Of a stretch of DNA of 64,000 nucleotides, positions 49,699 through 59,766 are shown piece after piece. Positions within the stretch are counted from its first letter, which is position 1. Each line of letters opens with the position of its first letter. The notes beneath the pieces were generated by a model. That model was not told the origin of the DNA and searched no databases. It saw only the letters and a program-made list of their open reading frames with translations. Made by a program: the position numbers and the translations under genes. This DNA is from an uncultured archaeon (GTDB lineage: Archaea > Aenigmatarchaeota > Aenigmatarchaeia > CG10238-14): NCBI GenBank assembly GCA_964392445.1, contig CAYMPD010000001.1, forward strand, positions 1-64,000. Direction: 5' to 3'.

Positions 49699-50538
49699 AT
49701 GTGGTTCATCTACGCACTACTATCAGCATTACTTCTTTCATCTTATGCCTTGTTAATGAGAAAGACTCTCAAGGATAAAGGTAATCCAATAGTGTTCACG
49801 GTAATTCTACAGTTTGTCATTTCCTTAGTTCTAATCTCACTCCTCCCTTTTGAAAATATTAGTTATCTCTTCACTACCAATAACCTCATCGTCTTAGTTT
49901 TAGTAATCATAGGGACCGCTATTCTCGCGATATTATTCACCAAAGGTAGACAACTTGAAGAAGCTTCGAATGTTTCTATTGGCGTTCAAGTAGGACGTGT
50001 TTGGAATCTGATTGGGGCAGCATTAATACTGGGAGAAGATGTAACTGGTTACAAGATAATTGGTGTGGGATTGATTATTCTTGGAAATATTTTGATTTCG
50101 TGGAAAGGCCAAAAACTGAAATTGACTAGAGGTATGATATTCATAATTACTGGAGCTTTATTATTTGCAACTGTTAATTTTGGTGATAAGTTCCTTTTAA
50201 AAACATTTTCTACAGCCTTTTATAACCTCCTACTTTATTCCATTTCTTCAATTATCTTATTCGGATTTATTGGATTCAACTTCAAAAAACTAAAGAAAGA
50301 GTTAAAATTACATGGGTCAGTGGTGTTTCTAATCGGAATTGTTTTTGGACTAGGAATGTATTTTTTTGAATTAGCTCTTAAATTAGGAGAGGTTTCCAGG
50401 GTTTCTCCCGTCCATAGTTCTTCAATGGTTTTCACAATATTAGCGGGTATAATCTTTCTAGGAGAAAGGGATCATCTGTTAAAGAAACTAGTAGCTGGTA
50501 TAATCGTCTTTCTAGGAGTCTACTTACTTATTATCTGA
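49699..50538 (+). CDS. EamA/DMT family transporter
   Basis: About 10 TM helices in two repeats, LILGE, GEVSRVSPV, IFLGE. Confidence 0.9.
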   Translation: MWFIYALLSALLLSSYALLMRKTLKDKGNPIVFTVILQFVISLVLISLLPFENISYLFTTNNLIVLVLVIIGTAILAILFTKGRQLEEASNVSIGVQVGRVWNLIGAALILGEDVTGYKIIGVGLIILGNILISWKGQKLKLTRGMIFIITGALLFATVNFGDKFLLKTFSTAFYNLLLYSISSIILFGFIGFNFKKLKKELKLHGSVVFLIGIVFGLGMYFFELALKLGEVSRVSPVHSSSMVFTILAGIIFLGERDHLLKKLVAGIIVFLGVYLLII

Positions 50539-50865
50539 TCAAATAGCCTGTGTTCTATCATCAGCCAAATCCACATCAGGAGAAACTATTTCTAAATGAT
50601 CAATCTTCTTTTTTAAAAAATTAATTCTTCCTTCGATATCATCAAGTGTTTTGTCGTAAGTCATCGCATCATCAATTGTTTTATCGAACTTCTGGGAAAG
50701 ATAAGAAAGATATTTTGAAATTAGATTGATTTGACTGGTAATTGTATTGACTTTCTCAATTATCTCTTCCATTTCGGGTAGCCCTTTAGGGATTTCTTTC
50801 ACTTTTTTTTCTTTCTTTGGTAAAAAGTCGAATGTTTCTTCTTGTTTTCTACTATTTCCGAACAT
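50539..50865 (-). CDS. Hypothetical coiled-coil protein
   Basis: 108-aa ORF with heptad pattern. Confidence 0.7.
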   Translation of the reverse strand: MFGNSRKQEETFDFLPKKEKKVKEIPKGLPEMEEIIEKVNTITSQINLISKYLSYLSQKFDKTIDDAMTYDKTLDDIEGRINFLKKKIDHLEIVSPDVDLADDRTQAI

Positions 50866-50939
50866 AATAAGATTATTGTTGGTTAAAGATTTAAATGGAA
50901 ATGAAGCAAATTAAATGAAATCTAAATTAAATCCTGAAA

Positions 50940-52343
50940 TTATGTAAATGGATCATCCAAATCAGGGGACTCTTCGAAAAGAAATAATCCACTCTTTTTA
51001 TCCATCCAAACATTTCGGTATTTATTCGTTCCTAATATTTGTCTGAACAGGGTAGTAGAGGCAACTCTAAACCCTCTTCTAAGATTAACAGGTGGTAAAA
51101 TGAATCCATTACCAACTACCGAAAATGGCTCTAATGTAGATACATTATCACCTTCGCGCTCAACAAAAGAACTATAGCCAATAACCGCAGCTTCCATCCT
51201 ACCACCAAAAACACCGGAATTGTTCAAAATAACTGAAGGATATAATATATCATCATCTCTTAATCCAGTAATTTCAGTATCTTGACCTATAGAAACTCCA
51301 TGGCCTATAATTGAATTGCTTATGTAGATATCTCCATCACCTCTCCCAGGATTAAAATCTGATCCTATCAGAACATGGCCACCAAATTGGATTTTAGCTC
51401 TCTCTACCTCTTCTAATGATTTTTCGTGAACTAAAACTCTCCCAGACGAAGTATCAAGTCTTTCATAATCATCAAAATCCAACCAATCATAATCACCAGT
51501 AATCGCTTTACCATTAGCACGTAAATAAGCCTTGATAGTTCCAAAGTCCTCCCAATCTTCAATCCTTCCTACCCCTTGTTGCCTTTGACCATAAGCATAC
51601 ATTGAAACACCCTGATCAAGGAAATAAGGGAATATATCTCCTCCCATATCATCAAGTTTTACTCCATCCTCAATACCCTCTTCTAATATGTCTAAAATAG
51701 TTGGAGAGAACATTACAATAGCTGTATTTATATAATCTGATGCGGGATCGGGTGATTTTTCTCTGAAATCCAATATACGGCCAGATTCATCGAATTTAAC
51801 TGTTCCAAATTGATCTATCCCTGGCATTGAACCCCAATAAGTTACGCCTATGGTTACTCCTGGTGCATCTTCGTGTACTCTTTGATGGTATTTAGCCATA
51901 TCAATTGGATCAAAATTTGCAAAATTATCAGCATTTAATACCAGAATCAAATTATCCTGGATTTTTTCTCTATTGTTTCTTAAAAAATGGATAAAAGCGT
52001 CACCACTGCCTTCTGTTACACTTCTTCTCTCAAGAGATTTTTCTGGATCATAATAAGTTGAATATCTAATAGATAAATTATCTGCAATATTTCTACCGTC
52101 CTTCAAATCAGCAGGTACAAAAATATCATTAGCTAATCCATGTGTTGTAATATAACCTCTAAGTTCCTCCTGGTGATCCTGGAGAGATAGATATAACATT
52201 TCAACTACAGCCCTTAAGGGTGTTCTATTAGCTATATCTAACCAACCCTTTGATATTCCCATCTCAACTCCACCTATGGTCAGAGGATATAATCTAGTAG
52301 CTTCTCCACCTACAGGCACATAAAATACTAATTCTTTAAGCAT
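50940..52343 (-). CDS. Sugar-phosphate nucleotidyltransferase (GlgC/mannose-1-P guanylyltransferase-like) with beta-helix tail
   Basis: VGGEATRLYPLT, GSGDA, LNAD, FGTV..DESGRILDFREK, DMGGDIFP, WEDFGT. Confidence 0.85.
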   Translation of the reverse strand: MLKELVFYVPVGGEATRLYPLTIGGVEMGISKGWLDIANRTPLRAVVEMLYLSLQDHQEELRGYITTHGLANDIFVPADLKDGRNIADNLSIRYSTYYDPEKSLERRSVTEGSGDAFIHFLRNNREKIQDNLILVLNADNFANFDPIDMAKYHQRVHEDAPGVTIGVTYWGSMPGIDQFGTVKFDESGRILDFREKSPDPASDYINTAIVMFSPTILDILEEGIEDGVKLDDMGGDIFPYFLDQGVSMYAYGQRQQGVGRIEDWEDFGTIKAYLRANGKAITGDYDWLDFDDYERLDTSSGRVLVHEKSLEEVERAKIQFGGHVLIGSDFNPGRGDGDIYISNSIIGHGVSIGQDTEITGLRDDDILYPSVILNNSGVFGGRMEAAVIGYSSFVEREGDNVSTLEPFSVVGNGFILPPVNLRRGFRVASTTLFRQILGTNKYRNVWMDKKSGLFLFEESPDLDDPFT

Positions 52344-52440
52344 ATTAACTCCTAATTTTTCATTTTAATGGATGTATAGGTGGTTATTCTTTTATAGTGA
52401 TATCCTCTTCTTTTTTATAAGAAATGAAAAAACAGAAAAG

Positions 52441-52545
52441 TGGGCCGACCCAGAATCGAACTGAGCTTTTCGCCTATCCTGGTCATACCTGTAAGGGTTC
52501 CGCGATCAAAAGACCTCGACGTCCTAACCGATAGACTATCGGCCC
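52441..52545 (-). tRNA. tRNA-Val(TAC) with two introns (52498-52516 at 29/30; 52476-52489 at 37/38)
   Basis: Acceptor GGGCCGA/TCGGCCC-A. The spliced anticodon arm is TCGCC-CTTACAA-GGCGA and the mature length is 72 nt. Both introns form relaxed BHB motifs. Confidence 0.85.
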
Positions 52546-52628
52546 TCAGTTAATTAATTGGATAAATTAGATTTAAAAATATATTGATAACGAAAGAAAT
52601 CAAAATTAATAAAAGAAAAAAACCTGAA

Positions 52629-53357
52629 TCAGGAAGGAAAAGTATTCCTAACATTCATCATCATATCAATGAATTGCTTTATCTCTTCTCTTGGTTTACC
52701 TCTGTATGAACCATCGTACATCTTAATCGTTCCTCTTTCTCCATCAAAGGTTACTGTGTATTTGCTTCCATTAACCCAATCAATCTTGGGAATTACTGAG
52801 ACTAATCTTAAGGAATTCGGGTTTGAAGAAATGTACTCAAGATATTTTTGATTCTTTTCTAATCTTTTTCCTCTCAAGATCTGATACCACATCCCATGGA
52901 TATACTTGAACATTGCTTTCTTGACCTCCTCACTGTTCTTGTTGACTATTGTTAGTAATTGTTGGGAAGTAAGGTCCACTTGTTCTAATCTCACTTTTAA
53001 CAGTCCTTCGAAAAATTTCTTTATTTTTGCTGTTATGTGATCTTTTCCACGATATATCTCTAGTATTCCTGAAACCGTATTCAAATAACATAGGATATCC
53101 CTACTAATCTTTTCCTCACCATTTTCTCTTAGATAATTCGCTAATTTCTCAGCTCTATCTGAAAATACTCTCTTCATCCCCGTTTCCAAGTCTTCCTCAT
53201 AAGTCACTACTATCTCAATTTCCTTATCATTTTCTCTGGATCTTGTTGCTTCAAACTTACATTTTCCTAGATCTACCCCAGTCAAATTATAGAGTATATC
53301 TAATCTTTTAGGTATATGCGCCAATTTAAATACCGACACCGTTACCATTCTAATCAC
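52629..53357 (-). CDS. Hypothetical protein
   Basis: 242-aa ORF with GAGGTGA SD near the start; no motif recognised. Confidence 0.75.
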   Translation of the reverse strand: MIRMVTVSVFKLAHIPKRLDILYNLTGVDLGKCKFEATRSRENDKEIEIVVTYEEDLETGMKRVFSDRAEKLANYLRENGEEKISRDILCYLNTVSGILEIYRGKDHITAKIKKFFEGLLKVRLEQVDLTSQQLLTIVNKNSEEVKKAMFKYIHGMWYQILRGKRLEKNQKYLEYISSNPNSLRLVSVIPKIDWVNGSKYTVTFDGERGTIKMYDGSYRGKPREEIKQFIDMMMNVRNTFPS

Positions 53358-53449
53358 CTCGTTTCTATTCTCCAGTGTCTATACATTATATTGTAATAAA
53401 TATTTTTATATTAGTAGTATTTAAATAATACTGGAGGGGTGATGTTGGA

Positions 53450-53920
53450 ATGAACAAGAAAAAAACGTCCAAATCAGAGGAATACGATACCAAAAACACC
53501 AGGAGAATACTCAAAACTTTGGCTGAGAATCCTAGAGGTCTTACAATAACTGATGTAGCCTCAAAACTGGATTTAAACAGGCATACTGTTACCAAAATCC
53601 TTGATAGGTTGTTAATAGAGAAGAGAGTGGATTATGACGAAAAAGGGCCTGCTAAAATCTTTTATTCCACAGGTACTAGTAGGTTTGTTGGGAGAGTCGA
53701 TCAAGGTAAGTTTGATAAATTATGGATAGATGTGTTTAAGCCTAAGTATGAGGGTGAACAAGAATTTATAAGAATCAACCAGACCAAACATGATCACTTG
53801 ATTAGAACTCCAAGTAAGTTCAGAAGTGTTGGTGCAGTGGCTGTTAAGAGGAAGAATGTGATTAATCTGATTAGGATATTGAAGGATGTTGCAAGGGACG
53901 AGTTGAATTTGAAGGTCTGA
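53450..53920 (+). CDS. Winged-HTH protein with C-terminal PUR/PC4-like domain
   Basis: ILKTLAENPRGLTITDVASKLDLNRHTVTKILDRL HTH; C-terminus LWIDV...EFIRINQ...VAVKRKNVINLIRIL. Confidence 0.7.
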   Translation: MNKKKTSKSEEYDTKNTRRILKTLAENPRGLTITDVASKLDLNRHTVTKILDRLLIEKRVDYDEKGPAKIFYSTGTSRFVGRVDQGKFDKLWIDVFKPKYEGEQEFIRINQTKHDHLIRTPSKFRSVGAVAVKRKNVINLIRILKDVARDELNLKV

Positions 53921-53974
53921 TGATTATAGGGACTTAAAACGATAGATATTTAAAGCTTAGGATAGAATTAGGGC

Positions 53975-54247
53975 TTGAGAAACATGTATGGCGTTCATAT
54001 ATCCAGCACATTTAGTAGAGAATATGTAGGAAGGACTGCGATAGTACCTGCTCCTTCAGATAACGGAGCTCTTTTTCATTGTTATGAAATAGGTTTTGAT
54101 GGGGGATTACGTCCTAGAAACTCGAGTCTACCCATAGGACTAAGTGATGTACTAACCAAATATCCAAATTCTGATTTGACAGAAACTGGACTAAAAGTAG
54201 CATGGCAAAAACGTGAAAAAATAATAATCAAACAAAGTCCTAACTAA
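53975..54247 (+). CDS. Hypothetical protein
   Basis: 90-aa ORF (ATG alternative at 53985) filling the gap before pfdA. Confidence 0.5.
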   Translation: MRNMYGVHISSTFSREYVGRTAIVPAPSDNGALFHCYEIGFDGGLRPRNSSLPIGLSDVLTKYPNSDLTETGLKVAWQKREKIIIKQSPN

Positions 54248-54302
54248 TTTCTAAATTACAATCAAATTTAAACATTAACCTACCAATAATAAAGGAGATT
54301 AT

Positions 54303-54725
54303 ATGCCACAAAAACAATTACAAGAAAAAATGCTTCAGTATCAGACTCTAGAAGAAACACTCAAACAATTGAATGAACGTCGAGAGTTATTTGGAAATAG
54401 ATTAATGGAAATAGATCAAACCAAACAAGCAATTCAAGAAGTAGAAAAATCAAAAGAAGATGATGTTTTTGTTCCTCTGGGATCAAGTGTGTTCTTACCA
54501 GGAAAATTAAATAAAAAAGAAAAGATGATTGTAGGTTTAGGAGCAGATGTTGCATTAGAAAAGGATCCCGATGAGGTTAGAAAGATACTCGATGAAAGGA
54601 AAAAAATACTTGAAAAAGGAATTGAAGACTTGCAAAATAAAATGATTGAAGTTGTAGGTCAAATAAGAGAACTAGAACCAGAAATCCAAAAATTACTCTC
54701 AGAATCACAATTAAAAACGGGTTAA
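54303..54725 (+). CDS. pfdA: Prefoldin alpha subunit
   Basis: Coiled coil, FVPLGSSVF, IVGLGADV, coiled coil. Confidence 0.92.
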   Translation: MPQKQLQEKMLQYQTLEETLKQLNERRELFGNRLMEIDQTKQAIQEVEKSKEDDVFVPLGSSVFLPGKLNKKEKMIVGLGADVALEKDPDEVRKILDERKKILEKGIEDLQNKMIEVVGQIRELEPEIQKLLSESQLKTG

Positions 54726-54728
54726 AGT

Positions 54729-55649
54729 ATGTTTGGTATTCTGAAAAAGAAATTACAAAACGTAGTTCAATCAGTGACAAAGACTGCGGAAAAGGCCCCA
54801 AAGAAAATTATTAAAAAAAAGATTTCCGAAAAAGATTTATCGCAAGTTCTGGAAGATTTAGAACTGAGTTTACTCCAGGCGGATGTAGCTTTTGAAGTTT
54901 CTGAAAAGATAAAAAAAGACCTTAAAGATGCTCTAGTCGGAAAGCAGGTTAAAAGGGGAAAAGTAAAGAAAATAGTGGAAAAAACTATTAGAAAGAGTTT
55001 ACTTGAAATCTTGGATGTCCCTAAACTTGATCTGGAAAAGAAAATTAAAGGAAATAAACCTTACCTTGTTTTGTTTCTAGGATTTAATGGTTCAGGGAAG
55101 ACTACTACACTCGCTAAAATTGGTCATAGATTAAAAAAGAAGGGGTATTCATGTGTATTTGCGGCCGGAGATTCTTTTAGGGCAGCGGCAATAGAACAAT
55201 TAGAAGAGCACGGAGAGAAATTAGGGATAAAAACAATCAAACATAAGATGGGGGCAGACTCTGCGGCAGTTATTTACGATGCAGTTGAACATGCTAAATC
55301 AAAGGGAATAGATGTTGTTCTTGCTGACAGTGCGGGAAGAATGCATACCAATCAAAATCTTATGGATGAACTCAAAAAAATAGTTAGAGTTAATAAACCT
55401 GATTTGAAAATACTTGTTATTGATTCTTTAACTGGGAATGATGCTATTGAGCAGGCTAAGAGATTTGATGAGGTTGTCGGGATTGATGGGGCAATTTTGA
55501 CTAAGGTTGATGTTAATCCTAAGGGCGGTGCTATACTTAGTGTTTGTAAGATTCTTGGTAAACCTGTTGTTGGACTGGGTATGGGTCAGAATTATGAGGA
55601 CTTGAAAAAGTTTGATAGAGAAGAGTTTGTTGGGAATTTGTTGGGTTAA
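54729..55649 (+). CDS. ftsY: SRP receptor FtsY
   Basis: GFNGSGKTTTLAK, AAGDSFRAAA, DSAGR, TGND, TKVD...KGG, GQNYEDL. Confidence 0.95.
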   Translation: MFGILKKKLQNVVQSVTKTAEKAPKKIIKKKISEKDLSQVLEDLELSLLQADVAFEVSEKIKKDLKDALVGKQVKRGKVKKIVEKTIRKSLLEILDVPKLDLEKKIKGNKPYLVLFLGFNGSGKTTTLAKIGHRLKKKGYSCVFAAGDSFRAAAIEQLEEHGEKLGIKTIKHKMGADSAAVIYDAVEHAKSKGIDVVLADSAGRMHTNQNLMDELKKIVRVNKPDLKILVIDSLTGNDAIEQAKRFDEVVGIDGAILTKVDVNPKGGAILSVCKILGKPVVGLGMGQNYEDLKKFDREEFVGNLLG

Positions 55650-55653
55650 ATTT

Positions 55654-55921
55654 CTAACGATCGAATAATTCCCCATAAACTTGGTCGAATTTGTCTGAAG
55701 AAGTTATATCAGTCGGTCTTAAAATTATATTATCATGAACATCAAAAAGCACTAAAGATATCCTTCCACCAAAAGCGTATTCTATAAGGCTTCCATAAAT
55801 TTTACAACAGTCTGAAGGGTCAACGATTTTTCCGTTGGATAATTTTAAAAGAGTATGTCCCTCGAATCTGCCCCCTCCATTTCTATATCTAAAATTGATT
55901 CACAATATATCTTTGAGCCAT
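55654..55921 (-). pseudogene. 88-aa ORF interrupted by a +1 frameshift at CAA TTT TAG
   Basis: ATG 55921 gives MAQRYIVNQF then TAG. The +1 frame continues RYRNGGGRFEGHTLLKLSNGKIVDPS...ELFDR to TAG 55654 and fills an otherwise empty gap. Confidence 0.5.
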
Positions 55922-56057
55922 ATTTATTCACTGCTTTTTAATAATAATTACTATATAAACATTTCTATATTTTACTCACTAAATTGTAGTAACTTATTCG
56001 ACCAAAAATCAATTTAAGTCTACATCCTTCTAATTAACTAATACTAGGTGGATAATC

Positions 56058-57383
56058 ATGGCACTCAAAGACATGGGAAAGAGTATAAGCGACTTAATGA
56101 GGAGAGTACTAACCAAAACAACGGTTGACAGGGACTCTGTAGAGGCTTTAGTAAAGGGTCTTCAAAAAATCCTTCTAAAAGCGGATGTTGACCTTAAACT
56201 AGTTTATGATCTCTCCCAAAGAATAAGAGACAGATCACTCAAGGAAAAACCACCAGAAGGGTTAACACTCAGAGAACATGTAAGTAAGGTAATCTACGAG
56301 GAACTGGTAAACTTGCTCGGAGAAAGTCAAGAAACACTGATTGGAAAGAAAAGGATAATGCTTGTCGGTCTCTTCGGATCGGGGAAAACTACTAGTTCAG
56401 CTAAAATAGCAAAACACCTGAAAAAACAAGGTTTAAGAGTAGGAATGATCGCTGCAGATTATCACCGTCCCGCTGCCCCACAACAATTACAACAATTAGG
56501 AAATAAAATAGATGTTCCTGTTTATTACTCAGATACTAAAAGCCCTTTGGAGGCTTTAAGGTCGGGATTAGCCAAATTTCATAAATTAGATAGTATTATA
56601 ATCGACACTGCAGGTAGAGATGCTTTAGACGAAGAACTAGCCGAAGAGCTAAAAAAAATGTACGAAATTGTTAAACCAGACGAAGTTCTATTAGTTATAC
56701 CTGCGGATATAGGGCGTATAGCAGGAAAACAGGCTAGAGAGTTCCATAAGCTCGCTAAAATAACCGGGATTATTGTTACTAAAACAGATGGTACTGCAAA
56801 AGGAGGAGGCGCACTCTCGGCTTGTTCTAACACGGCGGCAAAGGTTAAGTTTATTGGTACTGGGGAGAAGTTGGATGATTTTGAACCTTATGATCCTGTT
56901 AGGTTTGTTTCCCGACTTTTAGGTATGGGGGACCTTGAAGGGCTTCTGGAAAAAGCAAAGGATGCTGAATTTAAAGAAGAAGATATGCAAAAAATACTCT
57001 CTGGTAAGTTCAGTCTTCAAGATTTCTATGACCAAATATCGGGAATGGACAAGATGGGACCACTGGATCAAGTGATGGACATGATTCCTGGAATGGGGCA
57101 CATGGTACCGGATGATATGATAAAAACTCAGAAAAAAAAGATGAAGAAGTGGAAATATATTATGGATTCTATGACTAAGAAAGAAAGAGAGGGTGAAGAT
57201 GATATTCATGCATCGAGGATTAAAAGGATCGCTAAAGGTTCTGGAACACAAGAAAGTGATGTTAGGGAATTATTAAAACAGTATAGACAAAGTAAGAAAA
57301 TGATTAAAAAACTTGGTGGGATGAAAGGTATGAAAAGAGGTAATCTTGCTAAGATGGCTAAGAAATTGGGTATGAAGTTATGA
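56058..57383 (+). CDS. srp54: Signal recognition particle 54 kDa protein
   Basis: GLFGSGKTT, DYHRPAA, DTAGR, TKTDGTAKGGGALS; Met-rich M domain, SRIKRIAKGSG. Confidence 0.96.
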   Translation: MALKDMGKSISDLMRRVLTKTTVDRDSVEALVKGLQKILLKADVDLKLVYDLSQRIRDRSLKEKPPEGLTLREHVSKVIYEELVNLLGESQETLIGKKRIMLVGLFGSGKTTSSAKIAKHLKKQGLRVGMIAADYHRPAAPQQLQQLGNKIDVPVYYSDTKSPLEALRSGLAKFHKLDSIIIDTAGRDALDEELAEELKKMYEIVKPDEVLLVIPADIGRIAGKQAREFHKLAKITGIIVTKTDGTAKGGGALSACSNTAAKVKFIGTGEKLDDFEPYDPVRFVSRLLGMGDLEGLLEKAKDAEFKEEDMQKILSGKFSLQDFYDQISGMDKMGPLDQVMDMIPGMGHMVPDDMIKTQKKKMKKWKYIMDSMTKKEREGEDDIHASRIKRIAKGSGTQESDVRELLKQYRQSKKMIKKLGGMKGMKRGNLAKMAKKLGMKL

Positions 57384-58597
57384 AAGTAAAAGAAAAACTA
57401 ATCAAAGTCCTGGAAGATGAATACGTCTGCAATAGATGTTTAGGAAGACAGTTTGCTAATCTACTTTCAGGCTACACAAACGAAGAAAGGGGTGAAATAC
57501 TCAGACAATACCTAGCCATGCTAATCGACTCAGGAGAGAAAATAGAGATTAACAAAACCAATTTCTACGAAATAAAATTTCATCTAAAGACTATAAAACC
57601 CAAAAAACCAGGAAAATGTTCTGTTTGCGGGGATTTATTCCCGAAACTTAAAAAAAAAGTGAAAAAAATAGTTAAGAAATTGGGAAATTACGATTATGGT
57701 ACATTTCTAGTAGGTTCTAGGCCTTCTTCTGAATTGCTCAATAAAGAACAAAGACTCTGGGAAAAAGTAGGCATAGAATGGTGCGAAACCATAAAATCAG
57801 AGATTAATCGGGTAATTGGAAAGGAAATTGAATCATCTACAGGAAAAGTTATGAAAAGAAAGCTTCCGGATATAACCATACTTTATGACATGACTACAGA
57901 CGAAATAAAACTCAACGTCCGCTCAATCTTTGTTTACGGAAAGTATCAAAAACTGGTTAGAGATATGCCTCAAACAACCTGGAAAACAAGAATTTACCCT
58001 GTTGCTGTTGAAGATATTGTAGCAGAGCCTTTTATGAAGCAAACTAAAGCCGAAGATCATACGCTTCACGGCTGTGGGAGGGAAGACGTAGATGTTAAAT
58101 GTCTGGGTTGGAGGCCTTTTGTTTTGGAACTACATAATCCTCAAAAAAGAGAGATTGATCTTAAGAAAGCAGAAAAAAAGGTAAACAAGTCCAAAAAAGT
58201 GAATGTAAAAGACTTAGAAATAACCAATCACAGGAGAGTGACCAGAATCAAATCAATGAGACCGGACAAAACTTATCTAGCAGAAGTAGAATTCAAAGAA
58301 CCATTAAAAAACCTGGAAGAATTAGAAGCTCTCAATGGAACAGTAATATCCCAGAAAACACCTACAAGAGTGATGACAAGAAGAGCAAACAAGACCCGAA
58401 AAAGACGGGTAAAGGATATAAAATATAAATCCCTAAACAAAAAGAAGTTGGAATTGACGGTAAAAACAGAAGCAGGAACATATATCAAAGAACTGATTCA
58501 TGGAGACGAGGGTAGAACCCAACCCAACATATCAGAATTAATAAACAATAAAGTTAAAAGTATAAAGTTAGATGTAATAAAAGTACATTGTGATTGA
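57380..58597 (+). CDS. pus10: tRNA pseudouridine(54/55) synthase Pus10
   Basis: N-terminal C..CLGRQF, GKYQKLVRDMPQT, HGCGREDVDV, RPFV, QKTPTRV, GTYIKELIHGD.GRT. Confidence 0.93.
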   Translation: MKVKEKLIKVLEDEYVCNRCLGRQFANLLSGYTNEERGEILRQYLAMLIDSGEKIEINKTNFYEIKFHLKTIKPKKPGKCSVCGDLFPKLKKKVKKIVKKLGNYDYGTFLVGSRPSSELLNKEQRLWEKVGIEWCETIKSEINRVIGKEIESSTGKVMKRKLPDITILYDMTTDEIKLNVRSIFVYGKYQKLVRDMPQTTWKTRIYPVAVEDIVAEPFMKQTKAEDHTLHGCGREDVDVKCLGWRPFVLELHNPQKREIDLKKAEKKVNKSKKVNVKDLEITNHRRVTRIKSMRPDKTYLAEVEFKEPLKNLEELEALNGTVISQKTPTRVMTRRANKTRKRRVKDIKYKSLNKKKLELTVKTEAGTYIKELIHGDEGRTQPNISELINNKVKSIKLDVIKVHCD

Positions 58598-58883
58598 AAT
58601 GACACATAAAGCAAGAGGACCAAGGAGCAAAACAAGAAAATTGCTAAGGAGAGGTATTAGGGATAAAACTAGTGTTAATAAGAGACTCAAAGAATTCAAG
58701 ATAGGTTCCAAAGTGGTGATTAAACCAGACCCTTCTATAAGTAAAGGAAGACCATTTAAAAGATTCTATGGCAAAGCAGGAGTAGTTACCGATAAAAGGG
58801 GAAGATCCTATATAATTAAAATAAAAGATGGTGGAAAGGAAAAAGAAATAATAACCCCTCCAGTTCATCTAAAAGGTGTTTAA
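58590..58883 (+). CDS. rpl21e: 50S ribosomal protein L21e
   Basis: GPRSKTRKLL, GRPFKRFYGKAG, PVHLK. Confidence 0.93.
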   Translation: MIEMTHKARGPRSKTRKLLRRGIRDKTSVNKRLKEFKIGSKVVIKPDPSISKGRPFKRFYGKAGVVTDKRGRSYIIKIKDGGKEKEIITPPVHLKGV

Positions 58884-59216
58884 ATGCAAGAAATAGTTAC
58901 AGAAAAAATAATTACAAATACAAGAGCAAAGGAAATACTGAAAAAGAGAGATAAAGAAATAGAACTGGGTTATGATCAAAAAAACTCACTGGATTATCTG
59001 AAGAAATACGATCAATTGACCAAAACAAAAGCAAAAAAAATGATGGAAGAACTGAGTGAGAAGATCCCAAAATTAAGAAACAGACAGATAATATCAATTG
59101 TAAATGTTCTACCTCAAGATTTGGATGATCTAAGAGTAGTTATGGAAAAAAATTACACTAGTTTAGATGAAGATGAAAAGAAACTTATTCTTAAAACTGT
59201 AAAAGATAATATGTAA
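58884..59216 (+). CDS. rpoF: RNA polymerase subunit Rpo4 (RpoF)
   Basis: ELGYDQKNSLDYL, IVNVLPQDLDDLR; synteny rpl21e-rpoF-DUF655. Confidence 0.88.
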   Translation: MQEIVTEKIITNTRAKEILKKRDKEIELGYDQKNSLDYLKKYDQLTKTKAKKMMEELSEKIPKLRNRQIISIVNVLPQDLDDLRVVMEKNYTSLDEDEKKLILKTVKDNM

Positions 59217-59223
59217 GGAGAGG

Positions 59224-59766
59224 GTGATTCTGATGAAAGATGAATATGTAGTAGTGCTAGATTTCTTAGCCAGAGGTCACTCTCACAGTCGAAAGTCAGA
59301 ACCTGTTGCTCAAGGCGTAGGAGAGAAGTTCTTAAACCTTCTAGAAGTGGTTATAAAAGATGGTGTTGAAGTAAAAAGTGGGGATAGATTGTACATTGGT
59401 GAAAAGGAAAGGGACAAAGTCAAGTATATCAAAGGAAGGATGAAATACGATGAATTAACAAGTTATGCGAAAAAGGAATTAGAGTATGTTCTTGAAAAAA
59501 TAATTGAAGATCATGAGGAGAATTTTGTGAAATTCTTTAACAAGGCTAGACCCGTTTCTACGAGATTACATAGTCTAGAATTACTTCAGGGTATAGGAAA
59601 AAAGCATATGTGGGCGATAATTAGGGGGAGAAGAAGGAAGAAATTTGAAAGTTTGAAAGAATTGAAGGATAGGGTTGATATGCTACCTGAACCCAAAAGA
59701 ATGATCAAGAAAAGAATTATTGATGAACTGAAAGGGAAAGATAGGCATAAATTGTTCGTGAGATAG
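59224..59766 (+). CDS. DUF655 family predicted RNA-binding protein
   Basis: VLDFL..G, QGVGE..LLEV, RLHSLELLQGIGKK. Confidence 0.9.
   Translation: MILMKDEYVVVLDFLARGHSHSRKSEPVAQGVGEKFLNLLEVVIKDGVEVKSGDRLYIGEKERDKVKYIKGRMKYDELTSYAKKELEYVLEKIIEDHEENFVKFFNKARPVSTRLHSLELLQGIGKKHMWAIIRGRRRKKFESLKELKDRVDMLPEPKRMIKKRIIDELKGKDRHKLFVR

Noticed and set aside
49569-49778. 69-aa ORF overlapping tRNA-iMet
   Set aside because: It overlaps a clear tRNA and the start of the EamA gene.
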